A stretch of DNA of 19,871 nt, from contig JBHLNS010000054.1 of the NCBI GenBank assembly GCA_048941285.1, forward strand, positions 1 through 19,871. The letters are read 5' to 3'. Source of the stretch: Promethearchaeota archaeon (GTDB lineage Archaea > Asgardarchaeota > Lokiarchaeia > Sigyniarchaeales > SOKP01). A model generated the notes under the pieces. It was not told where the DNA came from. It ran no database searches and saw only the letters and a program-made list of their open reading frames with translations. This document shows positions 1 through 8,509 of the stretch, piece by piece. How positions within the stretch are numbered: the first letter of the stretch is position 1; each line of letters begins with the position of its first letter. The translations under genes and the position numbers were made by a program.

Positions 1-53
1 TTATGAATAAATTAATCTAATTATTATTTTAAATATAATGTAAGAAAGGTAAT

Positions 54-1250
54 TTAGATTGATTCGAAAATTTTTTTCATCCTATTTTTTAAAAATTCTA
101 TCTCATCTTCTTTTATATTCAAAGTAGGCAAAAGCCGAATGAATTCTCGGGATAGATTGAATCCAATGAGCATTCCGGCATCTAGCAACAAATTTTTTAA
201 CTTCAAAATTATTTCTTCACTGCCCATTCCTCTATATGGTTGAATTTGGATGCCAAAAATCATTCCTGTCGATCTTATTTCTTTAACAAATGGCTGGTTA
301 AGTGTGATTAAAAAATCACTGAGTTTCTGTATACTATCCTTGGAATTTTCAATAATTTGCTCCTCATTAAAAACACTTACTACAGATTTTACAACTGCCG
401 CTCCTAAAGGGTCTAATTGATGGGATTGGGCATAATATAATTCAGCTGGGGACAATTTCGATTCAAAAGTAGAATTGGTTATTATTGCACTTATAGGATA
501 TCCATTACCAAGAGCTTTACCAAGTACGACAACATCTGGTGTAATATCAAAGAGTTGATACCCAAATTTATAGCCAGTTCGTCCCATCCCGGTAGTAACT
601 TCATCTATCACAATTAAACCTCCAGATTCCTTAATTTTTTTACATATATATTGGATAAAGGCTTTACAGGGCTTAATTACCCCTCCACTCACCATAACCG
701 GTTCTAATATTAAACATGCAAAATCAGAAGGATACTCATGAAAAATTTTATCTATGTTAGGTTGATAAACTTCAAGACAGCTACATGGTTCTGAATTGCA
801 TATTGGATAACTTATTTTAAATGTTGATTCTTCTGAAGAAGTATAAGAGGACTTTTTAGCAGTACCATAAGCACCTAAATAAGAATCTTTGAGAGTAAGG
901 ACTTTATCACGCTTAGTAACCTTTTTGGCAAAATTAATACCAAATTCCATTGCTTCTGTACCACTGTTTAAAAATGTTAATTTATCATACTGAATTGGCA
1001 TAAACTTTAACAATTCTTCAGCAGCTTCGATAGTAATAGGCGTAAGAAATCCTTTATTTCGATGAATAATCTTATCTAGTTGTATTTTCATATCTTGAAT
1101 CACTCTTGGATGGTTATGACCTAGATTCACACACCACATACCTGATTCACAATCAAGATATTTTTTTCCATTTATATCCCAGATCCAAGAACCTTCTGCT
1201 TTTTTGAGAATAACTGATTCAAAAGAGTTTGTCTTAAGGATTTGATTCAT
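54..1250 (-). CDS. Class-III PLP-dependent aminotransferase (ArgD/GabT/dialkylglycine decarboxylase-like family); substrate unknown
   Basis: AEGSWIWDINGKKYLD N-terminal motif, NSGTEA, LEPV, IDEVTTGMGRTG, PLP-lysine motif PDVVVLGKALGNGYPISA, C-terminal IRLLP. Confidence 0.9.
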   Translation of the reverse strand: MNQILKTNSFESVILKKAEGSWIWDINGKKYLDCESGMWCVNLGHNHPRVIQDMKIQLDKIIHRNKGFLTPITIEAAEELLKFMPIQYDKLTFLNSGTEAMEFGINFAKKVTKRDKVLTLKDSYLGAYGTAKKSSYTSSEESTFKISYPICNSEPCSCLEVYQPNIDKIFHEYPSDFACLILEPVMVSGGVIKPCKAFIQYICKKIKESGGLIVIDEVTTGMGRTGYKFGYQLFDITPDVVVLGKALGNGYPISAIITNSTFESKLSPAELYYAQSHQLDPLGAAVVKSVVSVFNEEQIIENSKDSIQKLSDFLITLNQPFVKEIRSTGMIFGIQIQPYRGMGSEEIILKLKNLLLDAGMLIGFNLSREFIRLLPTLNIKEDEIEFLKNRMKKIFESI

Positions 1251-1329
1251 CGCTTTTTCTTATAAAAACTATTTATTTTTTAATACCAAAATGAACAAAT
1301 TTTCCATCTTTCTAAAATATATCTTAGAG

Positions 1330-2556
1330 TTATATCCTTTCAACCAAAATTGATATAATATTGTTTCCAAAGCCACCAAAATTACAGGTAATGCCTGTCT
1401 TAGCACCATCCACTTGTCTTTTTCCAGCTTCTCCTCTTAACTGCCAAACTAATTCAACAACTTGTGCAACACCTGTAGCTCCAAGTGGATGACCTCTGGC
1501 TTTTAATCCTCCTGAGGGATTAATTGGGATTTTCCCCCCAATTTGCGTTAATCCATCGTGAGCTGCTCTAGCCCCCACTCCTTTATTAAAAAATCCGATA
1601 TCTTCTGATTGAACAGCTTCAAGAATCTCAAAAGCATCATGTAATTCAGCAACATCAATATCTTCAGGTTTTTTATTAGCCATTTTATATGCTTGACCTG
1701 AACTAATCCTCAGAGCATTAAGAGTGGTTAGATCTTCTCGTTCATAAACTATATGAGTATCCGTAGCTTGCCCAATACCGGAAATAAGAATAGGTGTATC
1801 GCAATATTTTTTTGCATTATCTACATTGCATAATACTAAAGCTGCTGCTCCATCTGAAATTGGGCAAATATGAAACAATCTTAGTGGATCTGCTATTATT
1901 GGATTACTATTATTATCATTGAGAAATTCATGGATGTTATCCCAATTCCCCTTCCCTTTTTGGATTGCACTTTTCATAAAATCTTCAATTGATCTTTGAA
2001 AATGTGCTCTCGGATTTAGTGCTCCATTTTTATGATTTTTGATAGCAATATCTGAAATCCAATCCAGTTTAGCATTATACTTTTCGAGATAAGTTCTAGT
2101 TAACATACCAGCAAATGAAGGAAGAGAGACTCCATGGCGTCTTTCTGCATCAGGATGTGTTAATGTAGCGACATTTGAAGTAATGTATCCGGGAGTAGTG
2201 ATATGAGTCATTTTTTCTCCACCAACTACTAACACTAATTCGCTCATACCAGAGGCTATGGCTTGAAAACCTGCTTTAATAGCAGATCCTCCTGAAGCTG
2301 GCCCATTCTTTATATGATCCGCAGCAGCAGGAATCAGATTTATCTTATCAACAAGAACGCTTGCTACTCCAGAAAGGTGATTGAAAACTTCTGGGCTCAT
2401 TGCTCCAACATAAACAGAATCAAAATCTTTATTACTTGTGTTGGAATCTTCAATTGCTTCTAAAGATGCTTCAGATAATAAATCCATTAATTCTTTATCT
2501 TCTAATCTTCCGAAATTAGTATGGCCGATTCCAACTATTGCTACCTTATTCATCAT
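1330..2556 (-). CDS. Thiolase-domain protein, SCP2/archaeal-type (HDAF + GHP), lacking the canonical nucleophilic Cys
   Basis: VAIVGIGHTNFG start, CPISDGAAA, VAELHDAF, INPSGGLKARGHPLGATG and QLRGEAGKRQV. The nucleophile loop reads NGPASGG where NACASG is usual. Confidence 0.9.
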   Translation of the reverse strand: MMNKVAIVGIGHTNFGRLEDKELMDLLSEASLEAIEDSNTSNKDFDSVYVGAMSPEVFNHLSGVASVLVDKINLIPAAADHIKNGPASGGSAIKAGFQAIASGMSELVLVVGGEKMTHITTPGYITSNVATLTHPDAERRHGVSLPSFAGMLTRTYLEKYNAKLDWISDIAIKNHKNGALNPRAHFQRSIEDFMKSAIQKGKGNWDNIHEFLNDNNSNPIIADPLRLFHICPISDGAAALVLCNVDNAKKYCDTPILISGIGQATDTHIVYEREDLTTLNALRISSGQAYKMANKKPEDIDVAELHDAFEILEAVQSEDIGFFNKGVGARAAHDGLTQIGGKIPINPSGGLKARGHPLGATGVAQVVELVWQLRGEAGKRQVDGAKTGITCNFGGFGNNIISILVERI

Positions 2557-2592
2557 AAATAGAATTTTTCATTTAATAAAAAAAAGATGAAA

Positions 2593-3939
2593 TTATTTAG
2601 GATTTTCATTTCTTACAATTGTAGCGGCACCCATCCCCAAACCGACACACATTGACGATATTGCGAATTCTTTACCTGTTTTTTCGAGTTGATGAATGTT
2701 GGAACCAATGAGTCTACACCCTGTCATTCCAGTCGGATGTCCTAATGCTATTGCTCCGCCCCATGGATTAAATCGATCGTCCTTCCAATCTAATCCAAGC
2801 TCATAACAACTAGCGTAGACTACTGGACTAAAAGCTTCATTAATTTCTATGAAATCCATATCATTTAGGGTCATATTAGCTTTTTTTAAAGCTTTTGGTA
2901 TTGCTTCAAGAGGTCCAGTAAGCATCAAAACTGGATCGGTACCAACCACTGCAAAATTTACAATCGTTGCTCTTGGTCTTAGCCCTAATTCTTCTGCTAA
3001 GCCTCTAGTCATCCAAAGTTGAGCCGCTGCACCATCACTCACAGGACAACTATTTCCTGCTGTTAGAAAGGCTTTGCTCTTTCTTCCTGTTATCGTTCTT
3101 AAGCTCGCAAGTTTTTCCATTGATGTTCCTGGACGTGGGGTTTCATCGTTTTTTGTCAATTCTGATAAGCTTAGATCTTCAACAACTTGGTTTTTTTCAT
3201 TTAATAGAGGCTTTCCATTCTCATCAAGTTTTGGACACCAAATTGGTTCGATCTCTTTAGCTCTTTCATCCCAAGTTGAGCAAGCTTTTTCATGTGAATG
3301 TAATGAAAGACTATCCATCTCAATTCTAAAATCTTCTAAACTTAGACCCGCCTTTTTCATCCAATGTTGTCCCATAACATGAGCAGAATTAATTTGCCCA
3401 GCAAAAGAAGTCTTATGAGCCATTAATTGTTCCGCAACAAAAGGATGCGTCATAATTTTTCCATTTGGAGGGATCATTATTGGTTTATTCTGTTGTTTAT
3501 CAAAGACATTGCAGTCAGCCATAATTTCATATCGGTTTTGTACTTCCACTCCACCACATATTACGCAATCATGTATCCCTGAAGCAATTGCTTGCCAAGC
3601 TGATATTACAGATTGAGCACCGCTTGCACATTGTCGATTTATAGACATTCCTGGGACAGTTATAGGTAAGTGAGCTGCTAAAGCAGCAGTTCTTCCAATA
3701 TCAAGCGCACAATCACCAATTTGACTATTACAAGACACGATGGAATCACCAATTAATTTAGGATCAAATTCATTTCGTTTCAAAATTGCTTGATAACAAT
3801 GCACGACCAAATCGTCCCCTCGATGACGAACTATTGTACCGTTTCTTTTCCCTATTGGCGATCTTACATAATCAACTAATACAGGCTCTCGTTTTGAGTC
3901 TTTAAAGTAATTTTCATACATATTTATTGGTTCTGGCAT
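2593..3939 (-). CDS. Acetyl-CoA C-acyltransferase (canonical thiolase)
   Basis: All catalytic motifs are present: NRQCASG (nucleophile Cys), EINEAF, GGAIALGHPTGMTG and SMCVGLGMG. TAGNSCPVSDGAAA is also present, and a GTGA SD-like site lies upstream of the ATG. Confidence 0.95.
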   Translation of the reverse strand: MPEPINMYENYFKDSKREPVLVDYVRSPIGKRNGTIVRHRGDDLVVHCYQAILKRNEFDPKLIGDSIVSCNSQIGDCALDIGRTAALAAHLPITVPGMSINRQCASGAQSVISAWQAIASGIHDCVICGGVEVQNRYEIMADCNVFDKQQNKPIMIPPNGKIMTHPFVAEQLMAHKTSFAGQINSAHVMGQHWMKKAGLSLEDFRIEMDSLSLHSHEKACSTWDERAKEIEPIWCPKLDENGKPLLNEKNQVVEDLSLSELTKNDETPRPGTSMEKLASLRTITGRKSKAFLTAGNSCPVSDGAAAQLWMTRGLAEELGLRPRATIVNFAVVGTDPVLMLTGPLEAIPKALKKANMTLNDMDFIEINEAFSPVVYASCYELGLDWKDDRFNPWGGAIALGHPTGMTGCRLIGSNIHQLEKTGKEFAISSMCVGLGMGAATIVRNENPK

Positions 3940-4256
3940 AATTTTTCACTTTAAAAATTTCTTAATGAAACCAAATGCAATTTTACTAAAGAATTTTATT
4001 TATAATTCTAATAAGTATCTACATGTAACTTTTACAATTTTGAATATTTTTTTTTAAAGTTTGTTGAGATAGAGTTTTAATCATGGTGCAGGTCCTACAT
4101 TATATCTTTTTCTGCCGGCAATAAAAGAATACATAACAACATAACTTTTTTTAATATTTTTTATTTAAAAGAATTCAAATATTCAAACACTATTATCTTT
4201 TTAAATAAAAAAAAAATAAGATATTCCCTTTTTAATACAAGCTTAGCTGTTCTACA

Positions 4257-5450
4257 ATGGTATATATAGATAAAGCGAAATTAAGAACCTTATTCAAATG
4301 GTACATGCAAGAAGTAGGAGAAATTTTAGTCTCTGTGCTTATCGTGGATCGCGAAGGGTTAATAGTTGATATTTTAACAAGGGATAAAGAGAAAACAGAT
4401 GAGGATAAATTTATTGGTGCTTTTAGTTCATTAGTAGAAGTAGTTCTAAAAAAATTAACAAAAGATTTTGATCTTGGCACTTTTGGTGCTGGAACGTTTG
4501 ACACGGATAAATATCGATTTATTTTTTGTGAATCTGGAACTGACCATGTTCTAGTTTCAATACTCAGTCATACTGCTCTAGTTGATGATGTATTTCCATA
4601 CGCATATTTAACTGCTGATAAAGTAGCGAGGATAATTGATGGAAAATTACCTGTTAGCCCCGTAATTCCAAAAATACAGAGAGATACCGAACTAGAAAAA
4701 ATAAAACGAAAGATGGAACATTACCAAAGTAAGCCTCATTCATCAGAGTATGTCTATAAGCTTTCTCTACTTGGAGATGGAGGAGTCGGTAAGACAAGTA
4801 TGGTTCAAAGATATGTCTATGGAATCTTTAATAAGGATTATAAAGCTACAATTGGCACTTATATTTCTAAAAAAGAATGTGAATTTAAAGAATTGGGTAC
4901 ATCAGTAAGATTTATGATATGGGATTTAGCAGGGCAAAGCCAATTTGAACGTTTATGGCCAGATTATTTAACAGATTCACGTGCGGGAATCATAGTTTTT
5001 GATATAACAGATAGGGAATCATTTGAGCATGTAAAGAAATGGTATGACATTGTTTCACGAGTTGCATTACCAAATATAGTTTTGATCCTTGTAGGAAATA
5101 AAGTAGATCTTAACATTTCTAGGGTTGTCTCAACTGAAGAAGGTATGCAATTAGCTAAAAAGTTAGATATTTATTATATGGAAACCTCAGCAAAAACAAG
5201 TGAAAATATTGAAGATGTCTTTGTTTGGATTGCACTCCAAATAATCAACTTAAACATAGAAAAAGTAAGAGAAACTCTACTTGATAAACAAATTGAAGAA
5301 GGAACAAAATTTATAGTATCAAGTCCTCAATTAAGAATCTTAAATCAATATTTTATGAAACAACTAGATTATTGTATAGGAAAAAGTGATTCTAAAGAAA
5401 TAACTAAATGTCTAGACATCCTGAAAACAATTGAAAAAAATAAATTATAG
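4257..5450 (+). CDS. Roadblock/LC7-like domain fused to a Rab-like (Ras superfamily) small GTPase
   Basis: The N-terminal ~130 aa have a roadblock-like pattern (SVLIVDREGLIV...). The G domain has G1 GDGGVGKT, G2 ATIG, G3 WDLAGQ, G4 NKVD and G5 ETSAK, followed by a ~65-aa C-terminal extension. Confidence 0.9.
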   Translation: MVYIDKAKLRTLFKWYMQEVGEILVSVLIVDREGLIVDILTRDKEKTDEDKFIGAFSSLVEVVLKKLTKDFDLGTFGAGTFDTDKYRFIFCESGTDHVLVSILSHTALVDDVFPYAYLTADKVARIIDGKLPVSPVIPKIQRDTELEKIKRKMEHYQSKPHSSEYVYKLSLLGDGGVGKTSMVQRYVYGIFNKDYKATIGTYISKKECEFKELGTSVRFMIWDLAGQSQFERLWPDYLTDSRAGIIVFDITDRESFEHVKKWYDIVSRVALPNIVLILVGNKVDLNISRVVSTEEGMQLAKKLDIYYMETSAKTSENIEDVFVWIALQIINLNIEKVRETLLDKQIEEGTKFIVSSPQLRILNQYFMKQLDYCIGKSDSKEITKCLDILKTIEKNKL

Positions 5451-5464
5451 GTTCTGAATTTCAA

Positions 5465-8365
5465 TTAAATTTCGATGTAAAGGGCGGGTTTGAAAGGTTT
5501 AGCTTTTGTAGCTTTACTTTTAGGATCGAAATTAGAATTTATTATAATCTTTGAATTTACTCGTTTTTCTATATAAAATTTATATTGTTTTAATAATTCT
5601 CTTTCATTAATTTGGGGAAAATTAGTTTCCCAAATCCTGTCTTTCAATCCATTTTTTATGAAAGAAATTACTTCCTTGTTACTAATTAACCTTTTATTCT
5701 TTTTTAGCTCAGATATTATTTCATTGAAATTATCTTTTTTTAATGATATTAAATTTAAAACTTCATATTTCCATTCAGGTGCTAAATAGATATAGATTTC
5801 TCCAGATTTTTGTGATTTTACAATTTTTCTTATATTGAAAATATCATCAATAATATTTGAGATATAATCAAATTCACCCTCAAGGGTATTATTAATATAT
5901 TGTTTATTAAAATCTCCCCAAACTGCTTTTGATATAAATTCTTCATTTCCAGCAAGTTCCCATAATTCTTCACATAAATGAGGCATTGTTATTGAGAGTA
6001 ATTTTAGCCAATCTTTATAAATCAATTTGAAGACTAATAGAAAATCATCTAAATTCTCAATATCTCTATTAAATTCCTGAATTAGATTAAATATCTCATA
6101 AAATGCAATCTGTAGATATCTCCTTATATTATATTCTTCTAATCCCTTTAGCGCATCAAAAAATTTCTTAATAATTTTAGAGAGTATCACCATTGAATAT
6201 TTAGAGTTAATATTTTCAAATCTGGCTTCAATATTAATTGATTCTCTAATTGTTTTTGACATAAAAGTATAAAATTTAGTTATATGATTTTTCACTGTTT
6301 CTATTTCTTTTTCTCTAAAATCCATATAAACACCAAAATCTGCACCGTGAGATATATAAAACCTAAATAAGTCAGCAGAATATTTTTTTTTTATTTCAGC
6401 TAAAGGAATAAGATTTCCTTTTGATTTACCCATTTTTTGTCCTTCTACATTGACTGGTTCGATTAAAGTGATGACTTTTGGCCAATGTTTTTTTGGAAAA
6501 ATAGCAACATGATGGAATATATAAAAACTCAAATGATTAGATATATGCATTATAGCAGTGTGTCGATGGTCAACAGGGTACCAATAAATAAATTCTTTTT
6601 GGAGTTCTCTCAGTATATTTTCTCCAATATTTGTGTGTTTCGAAAGTTTTTTTAAATCTCCCTTCTCTAAGAATACAAAATTGAAAATTTCTGGAATTAA
6701 TTGTTCTGGTTTAATTTGATATTCTCTGATTTTATGAGATATTGTATAGAAAGCCATATATATAGTCGAATCACTTAGTGATTCTATAATCCACTCCTTA
6801 TCAAAGGGTAATTCGGTACCGAGCCCTCTTTTTCTAGCACACGGCCTCTTTTCAAGCCAATTAAAAATATTTTCAAAATTTAATCGATACTTATTGGGTA
6901 TAATTTTCATATTATTAAGGCATTCAAATGCTTTTTTCTTCCAATTCCCGGCATTAAAATTAAGAAACCATTGATTCTTAAGAATAGATACAATAATTTC
7001 CGCACCGCACTTACATCTTAAATTTCTAGTAACAGGCATATATATTTTATCCGCTTTATTCTCTTCAATTAAATCTAGAGCGACTTTTGTAGCAGCACTG
7101 CTAACGTTCATTCCTTGGTATTTGCCACATTTATCATTAAGTACACCATTATAGAATTCATATTTGTAATTCTCACTTGTTGCCAGGTCCAGTTTCTCCT
7201 CATCTTTTTGAGACTCAACATTATATTTCTCACAGTATATTTTTGCTGGAAAATCTTTGAATCCCTTTATTCCAATAATTTGAATTGGATAAATTAATTC
7301 AATTTCTCTTTCATTCAAATTGAATTTTTTAATTAATTGTGTATCTTTTTGTAAATCAATTAAAGCCATATAATCATAAGGAGCGTGAGCTGGAACGGAA
7401 TAAACAACTCCAGTTGCTGTGAATGTTTCAACAAATTCTCCGGGTAAAATCGGAATTTCTTTGATTCCATAGACGTCTCTAGCTTTTTTACCAATGATTT
7501 CACCCCCTTTAAAATTTTCTGATATTTTAATCTCCTTATTTTGGTTTTCTAATAACTTGGTTGCTTCATTAGAGATAAACCATATTTCTCCATTCACGGT
7601 AGCCTTGACATAATCTCCACTCGGTTTTATCCATATATTTGTTACTCCATATATTGTTTCTGGTCTTAAAGTGGATGCTACAAGAAATCCATCCTCAAAT
7701 GGGAATTTAATGCATATATATTCATTTATATTAAGATCTAATTCATCCCCACTTGCTATGTCATCTTCCCCCACAGCATTTTTGTCTCTAGGACAATATA
7801 AAATAGGATATTCTCCCTTTTCAATATAGCTTTTTTCTTTTAAATGAAAGTATTGCCATTCAATGAATTTATTATAGATCTTGTCTCCCGTAGTAAATTC
7901 TCTTCGCCAATCTAAACTCATCCCCATTGACTTGAAATCTAGTTTAATTGTGTTAGAAAAATAATTTACAATATTCCAAGGATTTACAAAGCCCTTGACA
8001 ATACTATTCACATTTTTCTGATCTTTAGTGTGTAATGATACATATTCTTTCATCCTAGTTATTTGTAGTTTATCGCCTCTTTCTATAGAGGATGAAATCG
8101 CTAAAACTGGAGTCCCAGTAATATGAAATGCCATGGGATATAATACGTTATACCCTTTCGCGCGGTAATATCTGGCAAATATATCTCCATTAATAAAGCT
8201 CCGTCCATGACCTATATGAGTAGGCCCAGAGGCATATGGGTAAGGAGAAGTAATTAGAATTTTCTCTTTATTTTTATCTGGGTTTGCATCGAATATTTTT
8301 GCTTTTTCCCATTTATCTTGCCATTTTTTTTCAATTTCTTGTGGATCATACATATTTTTATACAT
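5465..8365 (-). CDS. leuS: Leucine--tRNA ligase, archaeal/eukaryotic type. Start is probably ATG 8365 (or 8353), not the TTG at 8449 given in the ORF track
   Basis: IEKKWQDKW N-terminus, PYPYASGPTHIGH, CP1 editing motifs TLRPETIYG and ATGVVYSVPAHAPYD, WIIESLSDSTIYMAFYT, KMGKSKGN, C-terminal KAKPFKPALYIE. Confidence 0.96.
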   Translation of the reverse strand: MYKNMYDPQEIEKKWQDKWEKAKIFDANPDKNKEKILITSPYPYASGPTHIGHGRSFINGDIFARYYRAKGYNVLYPMAFHITGTPVLAISSSIERGDKLQITRMKEYVSLHTKDQKNVNSIVKGFVNPWNIVNYFSNTIKLDFKSMGMSLDWRREFTTGDKIYNKFIEWQYFHLKEKSYIEKGEYPILYCPRDKNAVGEDDIASGDELDLNINEYICIKFPFEDGFLVASTLRPETIYGVTNIWIKPSGDYVKATVNGEIWFISNEATKLLENQNKEIKISENFKGGEIIGKKARDVYGIKEIPILPGEFVETFTATGVVYSVPAHAPYDYMALIDLQKDTQLIKKFNLNEREIELIYPIQIIGIKGFKDFPAKIYCEKYNVESQKDEEKLDLATSENYKYEFYNGVLNDKCGKYQGMNVSSAATKVALDLIEENKADKIYMPVTRNLRCKCGAEIIVSILKNQWFLNFNAGNWKKKAFECLNNMKIIPNKYRLNFENIFNWLEKRPCARKRGLGTELPFDKEWIIESLSDSTIYMAFYTISHKIREYQIKPEQLIPEIFNFVFLEKGDLKKLSKHTNIGENILRELQKEFIYWYPVDHRHTAIMHISNHLSFYIFHHVAIFPKKHWPKVITLIEPVNVEGQKMGKSKGNLIPLAEIKKKYSADLFRFYISHGADFGVYMDFREKEIETVKNHITKFYTFMSKTIRESINIEARFENINSKYSMVILSKIIKKFFDALKGLEEYNIRRYLQIAFYEIFNLIQEFNRDIENLDDFLLVFKLIYKDWLKLLSITMPHLCEELWELAGNEEFISKAVWGDFNKQYINNTLEGEFDYISNIIDDIFNIRKIVKSQKSGEIYIYLAPEWKYEVLNLISLKKDNFNEIISELKKNKRLISNKEVISFIKNGLKDRIWETNFPQINERELLKQYKFYIEKRVNSKIIINSNFDPKSKATKAKPFKPALYIEI

Positions 8366-8387
8366 AAGCTTACTTTCTTTCTTTTTT

Positions 8388-8441
8388 TTTAATTGAATTA
8401 TTCCTTGAGTGAGCCAATAATTATGATCTCTTTCAATTAAA
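8388..8441 (-). promoter_or_regulatory. Second stem-loop in the leuS 5' leader (10-bp perfect inverted repeat)
   Basis: mRNA UUUAAUUGAA (8441-8432) is complementary to UUCAAUUAAA (8397-8388) and ends ~22 nt before the leuS ATG. The stem is AU-rich, so a chance match is possible. Confidence 0.35.
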
Positions 8442-8450
8442 TTTACCAAG

Positions 8451-8509
8451 CAAGCGAAAAAATCCGTGGAAAATCAAAAGAAAAAGAGCATAAGGATTTG
8501 TTTCGCTCA
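8451..8509 (-). promoter_or_regulatory. Candidate attenuator stem-loop in the leuS leader
   Basis: mRNA AGCGAAA-C-AAAUCC (8507-8494) pairs with GGAUUU-UUUCGCU (8465-8453): 13 Watson-Crick bp with one bulge. The 28-nt loop is UUAUGCUCUUUUUCUUUUGAUUUUCCAC. The 5' arm overlaps the leader-peptide UGA. Confidence 0.6.

Noticed and set aside
3074-3382. 102-aa + strand ORF
   Set aside because: Antisense shadow inside the canonical thiolase, with no recognisable motifs.
4068-4099. GATAGAGTTTTAATCATGGTGCAGGTCCTACA loosely recalls pieces of tRNA-Lys(UUU)
   Set aside because: No GTTCRA T-loop, anticodon stem or acceptor stem; it cannot fold as a cloverleaf.
4157-4211. 14-bp inverted repeat TTTTTTATTTAAAA / TTTTAAATAAAAAA
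   Set aside because: Purely A/T and homopolymer-driven, as expected by chance at this composition.
4232-4504. 90-aa minus-strand ORF
   Set aside because: Antisense to the roadblock-GTPase gene, with Ser-rich shadow composition.
7115-7297. 60-aa + strand ORF
   Set aside because: Antisense within leuS; its hydrophobicity reflects reverse-strand AT bias.
8366-8449. 28-aa N-terminal extension of LeuRS from TTG 8449 in the ORF track
   Set aside because: LeuRS-like sequence starts at about MYDPQEIEKKWQ. The extension crosses a poly-A tract and an inverted repeat and is better read as 5' leader.
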